This document shows positions 22,876-32,886 of a stretch of DNA of 64,000 nucleotides, one piece after another; the stretch's first letter is position 1, and the number at the start of each line of letters is the position of its first letter. The position numbers were made by a program, and so were the translations under genes. Source of the stretch: an uncultured Nitrososphaeraceae archaeon (GTDB taxonomy: Archaea; Thermoproteota; Nitrososphaeria; Nitrososphaerales; Nitrososphaeraceae). The notes beneath the pieces are model-generated. The model made no database searches, was not told the DNA's origin, and saw only the letters and a program-made list of their open reading frames with translations. The stretch lies in NCBI GenBank assembly GCA_963729045.1, contig CAVSMN010000009.1, forward strand, positions 128,001 through 192,000, in the 5' to 3' direction.

Positions 22876-23015
22876 ATTTATTACGTACTTTTATATAAAC
22901 TTACCTATATAAATAAAATAAACACTTTTCCAAAGTTTGTCAGACAAACACGCATAAACTCTAAAGGGATGAGATTTTGACAGGTTTGGACGAGAGATAA
23001 ATTGTAGTTTGAGGA

Positions 23016-23113
23016 GATTCTGATAGGATTTGGATTAGTAGAATAGAGATGGACAAGATTCTGATAGGGTTTGGATTAGTAGAATAGAGATGGACAAGAT
23101 TCTGATAGGGTTT
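23016..23113. repeat. 41-bp tandem repeat, ~2.4 copies
   Basis: gattctgatagg(g/a)tttggattagtagaatagagatggacaa starts at 23016 and 23057, partial at 23098. Confidence 0.9.
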
Positions 23114-23327
23114 AGTGTTAACAAGATCTGGCTTTATTTGACTCCATTCGAGATAGATCATTTTGTATTAGAATTATTGGTAAGGCTATCTTTTTGATAA
23201 TTAATGTTGAAAGTCGGTAAGGAATCTAGTTAATACATAAATTAATATAAAATATTACAAGTACCGTTTTTAAACTCATTTATTCTATATTTGGTTTCTA
23301 TAGGAAATATTTGAACCAAATATTCAA

Positions 23328-23419
23328 TGGGGCCAGAGGGATTCGAACCCTCGACCGCCAGCGCCCCGGGCTTATACCCAAAAATTGGATGGTATCCTGC
23401 CAAGCTAGACGATAGCCCC
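23328..23419 (-). tRNA. tRNA-Pro(GGG) with an 18-nt intron at non-canonical position 29/30 (23372-23389)
   Basis: Acceptor GGGGCTA/TGGCCCC-A; T arm GAGGG-TTCGAAT-CCCTC; spliced anticodon arm CCAGC-CCGGGGC-GCTGG; BHB motif. Confidence 0.9.
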
Positions 23420-23532
23420 CTTGTTTATTAAAAATAAACCTCTCATTTTTAAACCTAAGTATACAACTAATTGCAGAGAAATTCTAAAGATACATTTTAA
23501 TAATTAGTTAAATGCTTTATAGCATATCATTT

Positions 23533-24525
23533 ATGCTGGTTAATGAACTAGATGCCATAGACAAAGAAATACTTAATGATATTCAATGGTCTTTTCCTTT
23601 GGTTGAAAGACCGTTCTTAGAAATGGCAAATAAATACCAATTAAAAGAAGAAGAAGTTCTCGATAGAACTCAAAGATTAAAAGATATTGGAATTATTAGA
23701 CAGATAAGTGCAATTTTTGATACTCGTAAGTTAGGATACAAGAGTGCGTTAGTGGCTTTTTCAGTGGATAAGAATAAGATAGATTATGTCGCTAATGAAA
23801 TAAACAAACACCCAGGTGTAAGTCACAACTACGAAAGAAATCATGAATACAATGTTTGGTTTACGTTAGCTGTATCTCCGGATGCAGATATGAAAACCGA
23901 TTTAGATAGAATGGCCTCCCTAGATGGAGTTTTAAAATATAGAGTATTACCAACGCTAAAAATGTATAAAATAGGCGTGAAATTGGACATGGTAAATGAT
24001 GATCCTGAAAAACCTAGTCCCACCGACGATGTAAAAAAAATGGATGCAAAAGCAGAGAAAATATCAGAAGTGGATAAAGAATACATTAGACAATTGCAAA
24101 AAGATATCAAGATAATTAGAGAACCATTCAAAACAATCACGGATAATTTGGGAATAAATCTGGAAGAGCTCTTTAACAAAGTTAAGGAATATCAAAATAT
24201 AGGCATCATGAGAAGATTTGCAGCAATTCTTAGGCATAGGCAAGCAGGCTTTACGGCAAATGGAATGATAGTATGGAATGTGCCGGAAGAAAACATAGAT
24301 CAAATAGGATTAAAAATCGCTTCTTTTCCGCAAGTAAGTCATTGTTATAGACGTCCTATATACCCAGACTGGGAATTTAATCTTTTTAGCATGATTCATG
24401 CTAGAACAATTGATGCAGCTGAAAAAATAGCAAAGGAAATATCTGCAATAATTAAAATTGATAGATACAGAATATTGTTTAGTTCCAGAGAATTTAAAAA
24501 AGAAAGAGTAAAATATTTCGAGTAA
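23533..24525 (+). CDS. ahbAB: Siroheme decarboxylase, fused AhbA/AhbB (NirDL/GH-like)
   Basis: Two Lrp-like halves; HPGVSHNYERNHEYNVWFT and VSHCYRRP...WEFNLFSMIH. Start is 23512 or 23533. Confidence 0.88.
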   Translation: MLVNELDAIDKEILNDIQWSFPLVERPFLEMANKYQLKEEEVLDRTQRLKDIGIIRQISAIFDTRKLGYKSALVAFSVDKNKIDYVANEINKHPGVSHNYERNHEYNVWFTLAVSPDADMKTDLDRMASLDGVLKYRVLPTLKMYKIGVKLDMVNDDPEKPSPTDDVKKMDAKAEKISEVDKEYIRQLQKDIKIIREPFKTITDNLGINLEELFNKVKEYQNIGIMRRFAAILRHRQAGFTANGMIVWNVPEENIDQIGLKIASFPQVSHCYRRPIYPDWEFNLFSMIHARTIDAAEKIAKEISAIIKIDRYRILFSSREFKKERVKYFE

Positions 24526-24555
24526 ATTACGGTTTTGTTAATTAAAAATTTTTAA

Positions 24556-25548
24556 TTATGCCAATAATTTAGGCATATCAAAGTTTTTTTCATACATTTG
24601 TTCGATTTGCAGTCTCTCATCTTCATTCAAATAATTACCATCAGAAATTTGAGCAAACAAATCTATTTCTTCAATGCTTGTGACAGTTGGTAATAGAACG
24701 GAGATTTGTTTTTGCGATAAAATATACTTCATAGAAATTTCAGTAATATCCCATCCATGAGAATTAGCAATGGGTTTGAGTTTTTCTATTTTTTGCATCG
24801 CTTGTATAATCCATTCTTTTTTTCTATTATTTCTATGGTCATTCTTATCAAATACTGTATGTTCATTTACTTTGCCAGTTAAAACTCCCGATGCATCGGG
24901 TACTCTAACCATTATGCCTACTGAATTATTTCTTTTATCTACAGCATCAAAAAATACCCTTCCAGGATCCTGTTCTAATATATTATACACAGTTTGTAAA
25001 CAAACTATATTCCTGTTTTTTATAGCATGAATTCCTTCTTTTTCCCATCCTATTGCAGGCCCTAAAGCAACGCCGTGACTCTTAATTTTTCCAGAGCTTA
25101 CTAATTCATCTAATTTGTGAAATAATTTATCGTTTTCTATCGCATCCATCTTGGGATTATGCAAACTATATACATCAATAAAATTGGTTTCTAATCTTTT
25201 CATGCTTTCTGACAAAGCATAATCTAAGAATTCTGGAGTGTGCTTTTGGGGAATCTCGCCATGTCCTACTTGCTTTGCATTATACATATCATAACCCCAT
25301 TTAGTGGAATAAATTACCTCATTGCGCATATCCTTAAAGGCTTTTGCTAATAATTTTTCACTCTTGCCCCTTCCATACATATCAGCAGTTTCATAAAAAT
25401 TAATTCCTAAATCAAAAGCATGTTTTAGCATCTTTATAGACTCGTCTTCTTCAAGTTTTTTTCCCCACCAGTCTAAACCTAAAGTCCATGTCCCAAATCC
25501 AATTTCACTAACTTTAATTCCGGTATTTCCTAAGTTACGATATTTCAT
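24556..25548 (-). CDS. Aldo/keto reductase
   Basis: LGNTGIKVSEIGFGTW, GINFYETADMYGRGKSE, IDVYSLHNP. Confidence 0.93.
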   Translation of the reverse strand: MKYRNLGNTGIKVSEIGFGTWTLGLDWWGKKLEEDESIKMLKHAFDLGINFYETADMYGRGKSEKLLAKAFKDMRNEVIYSTKWGYDMYNAKQVGHGEIPQKHTPEFLDYALSESMKRLETNFIDVYSLHNPKMDAIENDKLFHKLDELVSSGKIKSHGVALGPAIGWEKEGIHAIKNRNIVCLQTVYNILEQDPGRVFFDAVDKRNNSVGIMVRVPDASGVLTGKVNEHTVFDKNDHRNNRKKEWIIQAMQKIEKLKPIANSHGWDITEISMKYILSQKQISVLLPTVTSIEEIDLFAQISDGNYLNEDERLQIEQMYEKNFDMPKLLA

Positions 25549-26309
25549 TAAATTATACTCCTCACTTTTTCAGATAGTTTATTGAAATTATCGTCGTCTA
25601 TACAAGGCTTACTGATTGACTTTAGATATTCAAATGGCTTTTCGGGCAGGTGATTTTCAAAATATGCTATCAAGTCTGGATCATGTGAGTCAATTTGAAT
25701 CCAGGACTTGCAACCTACCCATTCAGGTTTGTTCATTAATTTTATTGGGTTGTTTAATTTGTATACTCGTAACAACAATAAATAAAGCGGCTTTTTTGGA
25801 TTATAATCAAATCGAGATTTGAGATAATCATCAGTCCATATATGGAAATTCTCTAATTTTTTTAACGTAGTTAAATCGGGCACTTTACTAAAATGAGTTA
25901 TCTCAACAAATGATGTAATCTCAGTTGTTTTATTTGAATCAGGCAGAGTTTCGGCACTGTCTAATCCATTTTTTCTGTTTAATTCATCCAGGGTTGTATG
26001 ATAGTCCATACGGATTGATTCTTTAGCTTGATGTTCAAAAGTTGGGGATAAGAAAAAATTCTTGAACTTTAGTTCAAAGCCGTTGCGAAATTCCATAATA
26101 CCTCCTTTTCTGAACGATAAAATTTGATTTCCGGATTCTAGGGCTTTGCAAACTATAGCCCACTCTTTTAATGCCCCAAGAGTATCTGCGCTGGATTTTG
26201 ATTCATCATTAAGACTTTGAGTATTATTGACTTGGGCTGAGGTTGCTGCTGCAGCATCTGAAGAAATCGTTGAATATGTTCTTTCAGAATCAAGACCGAA
26301 TCTTTTCAA
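25548..26309 (-). CDS. DUF1802 family protein
   Basis: ALKEWAIVCKALESGNQ...RKGGI.E, PTFEHQ, GCKSW. Confidence 0.85.
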   Translation of the reverse strand: MKRFGLDSERTYSTISSDAAAATSAQVNNTQSLNDESKSSADTLGALKEWAIVCKALESGNQILSFRKGGIMEFRNGFELKFKNFFLSPTFEHQAKESIRMDYHTTLDELNRKNGLDSAETLPDSNKTTEITSFVEITHFSKVPDLTTLKKLENFHIWTDDYLKSRFDYNPKKPLYLLLLRVYKLNNPIKLMNKPEWVGCKSWIQIDSHDPDLIAYFENHLPEKPFEYLKSISKPCIDDDNFNKLSEKVRSII

Positions 26310-26456
26310 TTGGATAGTTCTAGAACCAGAAACCTATAATATCATTAAAACCATTATCTAAAAAAGAATTAGAAATCATATAAACACCAGTTTACAATTG
26401 TATTGTTATTATAAATAAATATTATTAACCACTGATTTTCGAATAATAGAATGCTT

Positions 26457-27293
26457 TTAACCCAGGCTCTTAATTATCTCCTCTATATTTTTTAGGACAC
26501 ATGGGATCATCGGTGTATCTTTAATGATATATTTACTAACTTGAGTTTCACGTAGGTCTATGATCAAGTTCTGGAATCTTGAAAGATTGTCAGTTTCAAA
26601 AGCCAACATGAAATCCTGATCATCAATTCCAAATGAATATGTGGTATTAAGTCGAATTTCAGGATATTTTCTTCCAACTCTTATATGTTCTTCCATCATC
26701 TCTTTTCTTTTCTCAAAGGGCAAAAGATACCATTCCCGAGATTTAATAAATGGATACACTACCGCATATTGCAATGGCTCCTCTTCAGTTTCAAATCCAA
26801 GTTTAACCTGATTTGAATAAAATGATTTTCTAGTTAAAGAAAGATATGTGGATGTAGGTTCTATATATTTTCCCAGTATAGTAGTATAAATTTTTGTAGC
26901 CAGCACCTGAATATTTTCTAGTGATGACGACATGGTCCAAATCATAAATTCACTATCGTGTCTTAAACCGATGGTAGAATAAGTTCTAATTTTCATTCTC
27001 TTGCGTGCAGCATTTAATAATTCAAGAAACTCGCGCGAAGCCTCATCTTTGCCCATCTCATTTAGCCAACGCCACTTGGGATCTACTTTATAAAATGTAA
27101 AAGTAAAGAATTTTTCAGAGTTATTCTTGTTGTCGGATTCATCAGTCTTGGCATCCGATAGTTCAGGATCTTTGGTAGTTGTTAAAGTGTTCACACCATC
27201 ATCATCTCTTGCATTATTTAAATTATCAATTTTATTTTTATTAATACTAGATAAATTATCAACTTCTAAAGGCCTTTTATTCTTGTTTCGCAT
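26457..27293 (-). CDS. Chlorite dismutase / coproheme decarboxylase (Cld/ChdC) family heme-binding protein
   Basis: YPFIKSREWYLLPFEKRKEMMEEHIRVG, TTYSFGIDDQDF. Confidence 0.88.
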   Translation of the reverse strand: MRNKNKRPLEVDNLSSINKNKIDNLNNARDDDGVNTLTTTKDPELSDAKTDESDNKNNSEKFFTFTFYKVDPKWRWLNEMGKDEASREFLELLNAARKRMKIRTYSTIGLRHDSEFMIWTMSSSLENIQVLATKIYTTILGKYIEPTSTYLSLTRKSFYSNQVKLGFETEEEPLQYAVVYPFIKSREWYLLPFEKRKEMMEEHIRVGRKYPEIRLNTTYSFGIDDQDFMLAFETDNLSRFQNLIIDLRETQVSKYIIKDTPMIPCVLKNIEEIIKSLG

Positions 27294-27527
27294 GACTTGT
27301 ATGCTATTTTAAATTAATAAATAGTTTAATACAGTCAATTGACATTAATTTTTCAGAAATAACAGTGACCTGCTGAGGCTTAATTGGCTAGATTAGCTTT
27401 AGTTTATCCTATCCTAACGACTGTAGGATATTAGTCATTCTCTGAGACAAAATAATAGATTTGAATAATTCTGTTTAATAATATCACTACTAGTACCAGG
27501 ATTAATACTACCATTCTCATATACGAA

Positions 27528-27792
27528 TTATTCGTAAATCGAAGAGTGATTTCTCTGGGAAGGATTTATATATTTCAGGCCACGGTTAGCAGTATCTTTT
27601 TTATTCGCAACCTTTTTCTTTTTATCCTTATCCGTTATTTTTTCTCTAACTTGATCGTCTCTTTTACTTTCCATGTATGTATTTGTAGGCTCAAAAGCAG
27701 CAGAATGTGGCTCAAAGAATGTCCCATGATCCATCAGATCATTGTTTTTTATTATTCTTACCTTCTTTTTCATATGGATCACCTTTTTTCAT
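27528..27792 (-). CDS. Small hydrophilic hypothetical protein, possibly frameshifted in an A run
   Basis: ATG 27792 (MKKGDPYEKEGKNN) shifts into ORF 27528..27782. Confidence 0.4.
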
Positions 27793-28021
27793 ATCTCGAA
27801 TTACAGATTATCTCGTTTTTACTCTTTTGCTTGCAAGCGGACCTAAGACGTCGTGGTTGCAACTTGGTATAACCAAGCAAGAGAGGATAATAAACTTACT
27901 TTAAGGTAAATGGAAAAAATGAATGAGATTATGATGATCTCCTATTGTCTATTCCTCGTCGACCCAGCTCGGTTAAGAGTGGTTCAATGCCGGTTTTAGT
28001 TACCTCTGTAATAGTTGTCTT

Positions 28022-28813
28022 TTATACAGCATCTACTGATTCATCAGATAGTCCAAGCCAAGCATATCCTTTGGACTCTAATTCTTCCGATAGCTCCTTT
28101 CCTGCTGTTTTTATTATTTTTCCTTTTGACATCACATGTACTTTATCTAGTTTTTTCAAATAACGCAAAATCCTTGCATAGTGAGTAATAACTATTACTC
28201 CTGCACCCGTTTCAATTAATTTATTGATAGCCTCAGCAACAGACTTTACAGCGTCTATATCCAATCCAGAATCAGGCTCGTCAAGAATTGCAAGATTGGG
28301 TCTTAAGACCAGCATTTGCATTACTTCAGATCTCTTTTTTTCTCCTCCAGAAAAACCTTCATTAAGGTATCTACTTAAAAAGCTTGGATCTAGACCTACA
28401 TTATCAAGATTTCTCTTTAGATATTCATGGAATTCTTTTACGGTTATGAAAACTTCTCGATCCTTTTGTTCGGCTGTCAAAGATTTACTTAATAAATTAT
28501 AGGCATTGCGTAAGAAATGACTATATCCTACTCCAGATACTTCAGTTGGATATTGAAATCCTAAAAATAATCCCTTCCTTGCTCTTTCATCTGTTCTTAA
28601 ATTAATAATACTTTCATTATTGACTAAAATATCACCTGAAGTTATAGAATAACGCGGATGACCCAACAAAACGTTGGCTAATGTACTTTTTCCAGAGCCA
28701 TTTAATCCCATAATGGCATGAACTTCACCTTTATTGACATCCAAATTAACACCGTTAAGTATTTTTTTATCTTCAATATTGACATTTAGATCTTTGATGG
28801 TTAAGAATGACAT
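28022..28813 (-). CDS. sufC: Fe-S cluster assembly ATPase SufC
   Basis: GLNGSGKST, FQYPTEVSGV, NEGFSGGEKKR, LDEPDSGLDID, ITHY. Confidence 0.95.
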   Translation of the reverse strand: MSFLTIKDLNVNIEDKKILNGVNLDVNKGEVHAIMGLNGSGKSTLANVLLGHPRYSITSGDILVNNESIINLRTDERARKGLFLGFQYPTEVSGVGYSHFLRNAYNLLSKSLTAEQKDREVFITVKEFHEYLKRNLDNVGLDPSFLSRYLNEGFSGGEKKRSEVMQMLVLRPNLAILDEPDSGLDIDAVKSVAEAINKLIETGAGVIVITHYARILRYLKKLDKVHVMSKGKIIKTAGKELSEELESKGYAWLGLSDESVDAV

Positions 28814-28984
28814 AAAATTTTATATATCAATACATAATATAAATATTCGGCAAAATAACACTGTTATAATTATAAAATTTATATATTTTGTGTAAATTTG
28901 GGTTAATTAATTGATTAAAGTATAATAATTTATAATAATTATTTAAAAAAAGAATACAAAGAAAATAAATTTTTGTAAAAAAAA

Positions 28985-29500
28985 TTAAGTTATTGTTATT
29001 GTTCCTTTCATGAATGGATGAACAGTACAATGGTAATTATGTTCGCCTGGACCCATTTTTTCTGCAGGTACGCTAGCTTTAGCAGCTGGCATTATAATAC
29101 TGGTATCAAAAAGTTTTCCGGTTTCTGGGTCTTCAGGTCCGGTTCCGCTTGTAGCCGTGTGTGGAACAGTATCTTCGTTAACCCAAGTCACTAATGCATC
29201 ACTAGTTGCACTAGCAGGATCAGGTCCATAGGAAGGATTTCCTTGTGTGGATGAACCCTGTAATATTTTCACTTCAACTTTATTGGCAAATGCAGATTCA
29301 TCTACAGCCGCCGATGATGACTCTCCAGCTGCATCCGTAGCACTAGCTGCAGGAGCTGGTGGAAGTTCTTGTCTGTAAATAGAATCGACTATCCCCGCTT
29401 TTGGAGTAGCTGCAGTAAACAAATAATAAGCAATTATTCCGACTATAACCGCCATCCCCATAAGCGTATAAAAAGCTCTTTTGTCAGTCTTATCAGCCAT
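28985..29500 (-). CDS. Membrane-anchored blue copper (cupredoxin) protein
   Basis: N-terminal TM; WVNEDTVPHTATSG and YHCTVHPFMKG type-1 Cu ligands. Confidence 0.92.
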   Translation of the reverse strand: MADKTDKRAFYTLMGMAVIVGIIAYYLFTAATPKAGIVDSIYRQELPPAPAASATDAAGESSSAAVDESAFANKVEVKILQGSSTQGNPSYGPDPASATSDALVTWVNEDTVPHTATSGTGPEDPETGKLFDTSIIMPAAKASVPAEKMGPGEHNYHCTVHPFMKGTITIT

Positions 29501-29673
29501 ATTGACAACAAATTGTATAAAACGCCCTTATTAATTTCTTTTACGATTTTATTTGACCAAAAAGACTGTAATTTCAAATTTATCATCATAATTGGAAAAA
29601 GAAATATCAATGGACGAATCCAAATGATATAACTTTTATTTCTGATTTCTGATATTTTTATTGCAACGAGAGA

Positions 29674-29850
29674 ATGCTGAAGGGGAGAGAAAGAATTAAC
29701 TGTAGTATATGTAATGACAGAATTGGCGATTTTAAATATGAGGCAATGCCACAATGGAATATTTCAGGATTCTTATGTAGCAAATGTTATTCAAAAAAGA
29801 TATCAGAACACTATATAAAACAAAACCCAGAAGAAAAAAAATTAAAGTAA
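29674..29850 (+). CDS. 58-aa zinc-finger protein (below the ORF-track cutoff)
   Basis: MLKGRERINCSICNDRIGDFKYEAMPQWNISGFLCSKCYSKKISEHY...; two CxxC pairs. Confidence 0.75.
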   Translation: MLKGRERINCSICNDRIGDFKYEAMPQWNISGFLCSKCYSKKISEHYIKQNPEEKKLK

Positions 29851-29933
29851 AAGCACACTATGCTGGACTAACCTGGGCATGGCTGGATTGGACAAAGCTG
29901 AAATCAAAACTAGAGAATTCATGAAATTATTAA

Positions 29934-30536
29934 TTAATCGACTTTACGGATCTCAACGGCCCTATTGTTTTCGATTATAGATCTAGCATTCTCAAAAGGT
30001 AAAATTGCCACATCATCTCTCTGATACGGACCATATTTATTCATATTAACGCCTACAAATTGCTCCATGGAATCCAAAAACCTTATAATTACAAAATTCT
30101 GATTTATTGAAGATACGATCTTTTCCAAAGTTTTCGATTTTCCTTCAAGTAGCATTTTTAGTACTATGTTAATTCTTTGCTCTCTTTCTCTATTTCCGAA
30201 AAACACGTATTTTTCTTCATCTGTAAGGTTAGAGTATTCAAACATATTTTGTGATTTTGAACTATTAAAAATTTTTTTGCATCTTAATACGAATATCAAA
30301 GTCGTTAATTTGACAACCAAGTTTATTAAATTGGAATTAATTTCTTTAGAAATTTTCTCCGTAGTCTCATTATTCTCTTTTTCATTTTGTTCTTTTAATA
30401 AAGAAACAAGATTTGAAATATTTTGATAAAAATTGTGAGGGACAGGCTGAGGTCCATTATCAAGATGGATTTCTCCTTTTAAAATATTAAAAATTTCATC
30501 TATTTTTATTAAATTAGTTGGCTTTCTATGATCCAT
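29934..30536 (-). CDS. GINS complex subunit (Gins51-type, C-terminal B domain)
   Basis: IIRFLDSMEQFVGVNMNKYGPY..DDVAILPFENARSII. Confidence 0.8.
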   Translation of the reverse strand: MDHRKPTNLIKIDEIFNILKGEIHLDNGPQPVPHNFYQNISNLVSLLKEQNEKENNETTEKISKEINSNLINLVVKLTTLIFVLRCKKIFNSSKSQNMFEYSNLTDEEKYVFFGNREREQRINIVLKMLLEGKSKTLEKIVSSINQNFVIIRFLDSMEQFVGVNMNKYGPYQRDDVAILPFENARSIIENNRAVEIRKVD

Positions 30537-30608
30537 CAGCTATCACACAATTTGTATACATGATAAGCTTAATTAGAGGTTTTTATTTTACTATATCGAA
30601 TATTTCAT

Positions 30609-32076
30609 TTGCCTTATAAAGTTATAGATGGAAAAATTGAATCTTTGAATTTTACCGCAGAACAAATAATGATGAGACTAAAGGATGAAGAAATTAAATT
30701 TCTAGATTTACAGTTTACTGGTTTAACTGGTAGATTCCATCATACTACAATGGCCTCTAATATGTTCAAAAAAGAAGATTTTGAATATGGATTACCAAAA
30801 TTGGATGGTTCTTCAATTAGAGGTTTTACTGAGATCCACGAATCCGATTTGATAATAAGACCAGACCCTTCTACATACGCAATAATACCATGGATAAAAG
30901 AAGACAGAACAGCTAGACTAATTTGTGACATATTATCAGGAGGAGAAAATAGAAAGCAATTCAAAAAAGATCCTCGAGGTATTGCAAGAAAGGCCGAAGA
31001 GTATGTTAGACATCAAGGATATTATAATTCATTTTGGGGACCTGAAGTAGAATTCTTTGTTTTTGATAAACTAGAAGTAAATACAATGACGCCATATAGA
31101 TCTCAAAGTTATAATATTATATCAAAAGAAGCGCCGTGGTCAACAGAGGGTGTAGGGTATGCACTCAGATTAAAAGAAGGATACCTCCCAAGCGCCCCAG
31201 GTGACACATTAATGCAGTATCGTAATGAATGCGTAGATGTTTTGAGTAATAATTTTGGTATTATTTGCGATGCCCATCATCATGAAGTAGCAACAGCGGG
31301 ACAATGCGAAATCGATATAAGATTTGATACGTTAGTTAATGCTGCAGATTCTGTTCAAAGCTACAAGTATATTGTTAAAAATATAGCCAAGAAACAGGGC
31401 ATGATTGCAACTATGATGCCTAAACCAATCGCACTTGATAACGGTTCAGGAATGCATGTTAATGTGAGTTTATGGGATAAAGAAAAAAATCTATTTTATG
31501 ATATCAATGATTCATATGCAGAAATGTCTCAATTAGCCAGATATTTTGCGGCCGGAGTATTAGACCACGCTCCTGCATTGGCTGCAATAGTTGCTCCTAC
31601 AACTAATTCTTATAGAAGACTAGTGCCTGGATACGAAGCACCCGTGTACATTGCATGGAGTACTGGCAACAGATCTGCAATAATTAGAAATCCAGCTCAT
31701 TATAAAGGTGAAAGGTTTGCACACATGAAAAGGATAGAATTCCGAGCTCCTGATCCGTCATGCAATCCATATTTAGCATTTTCAGCAATAATATCAGCTG
31801 GTCTAGACGGGATAAAGAAAAAAACATCGATACCTGACCCGATAGATGAAGATATTTTTAAAATGGCACCACAGCGCAGACGCGAATTAGGAATTAGACA
31901 ATTACCACCTTCACTTAGAGAAGCATACGAGGAATTAAATATTGACAGAGAATTTTTAAAGCCGATATTTGACGATGAAATTATAGATTCAATAATCTTG
32001 CAGGAAGCTAAAGGATCATCAAGACGTTACCATAAGACCCCATCCACATGAGTTCTCGCTATATGCAGATGTGTGA
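30609..32076 (+). CDS. glnA: Glutamine synthetase type I; 1-nt frameshift at ~32003-32012
   Basis: DGSSI, HHHEVATAGQCEI, MPKP...GSGMH, NSYRRLVPGYEAP, IEFRAPDPSCNPYLA; conserved tail RPHPHEFSLYADV* lies in the shifted frame ending 32076. Confidence 0.95.
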
Positions 32077-32164
32077 AATGTAGGTTGAAATGGCAACCAA
32101 GACCAACAGTATGATAAAACAAAGGTTAATAACACTGGATTAACACAGTTCTAAATAATTTTTT

Positions 32165-32239
32165 GGAGGGGTTGTCTAGACTGGTTAGGATACCTGCCTT
32201 ACACGCAGGTGGTCATGGGTTCAAATCCCATTCCCTCCA
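32165..32239 (+). tRNA. tRNA-Val(TAC)
   Basis: Cloverleaf; anticodon arm CCTGC-CTTACAC-GCAGG; T loop GGTTCAAATCC. Confidence 0.95.
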
Positions 32240-32451
32240 TTGTATTCACGGAATTACACAGAATGCTTTTATCTAAAAAATGAGATAAGTATCAAGGAAT
32301 CAACTAAAGAGACAAAAATAAAGAGAATTGCCCATCTATCAAAAAGCATTTTCATCATCAACAATCATTTATGGCATAAATTTGTAGTAAATGAAATGAA
32401 TTGTTCAAATATAAAGATAATATATAAAAAGTCTCATTGTAAACATATTTC

Positions 32452-32751
32452 ATGATACTTAACTTAAAAGTCAACCTGGGTAATGGTTATGTTCATGGAA
32501 TAGCATCAAATAATCAAAAATCTTATAAAATAAATATACAGGAAGGTTCAGAAATTCACATGGTTCTTCCAGAAGAGTTGCAAGTAAGTTCTAAAGAAGG
32601 ATCGATTTTTTTTACAACTGAAACAGGATATGATATTTCTCTACAGTTAAGTTTTAAGAGAATGGAAACAGATATGATTTTAATTTATACAGATATAGAT
32701 ACGTTAATGAAGTTAGCTAAAAATCTCCCTATTCAGATGGAGATAAAATAA
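32452..32751 (+). CDS. Hypothetical protein
   Basis: 99-aa ORF; TATA-like element ~30 bp upstream. Confidence 0.6.
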   Translation: MILNLKVNLGNGYVHGIASNNQKSYKINIQEGSEIHMVLPEELQVSSKEGSIFFTTETGYDISLQLSFKRMETDMILIYTDIDTLMKLAKNLPIQMEIK

Positions 32752-32886
32752 TACAAAATAAATATCTTTTTTAGTAATGCAAATACGCTCATATATGATA
32801 AATTATATCATACACTAGATTCTATAATTATTAAGTTATGTATCATAAATTTAAAGAGTGTATTGGGCAAAGTAAACTACAATAAA

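Noticed and set aside
18600..23327. Intact provirus or integrative element
   Set aside because: No integrase, att duplication, or structural or replication genes seen.
29369..29754. ORFs 29369..29632 and 29443..29754
   Set aside because: They overlap the cupredoxin and the 58-aa zinc-finger gene and carry no motifs.
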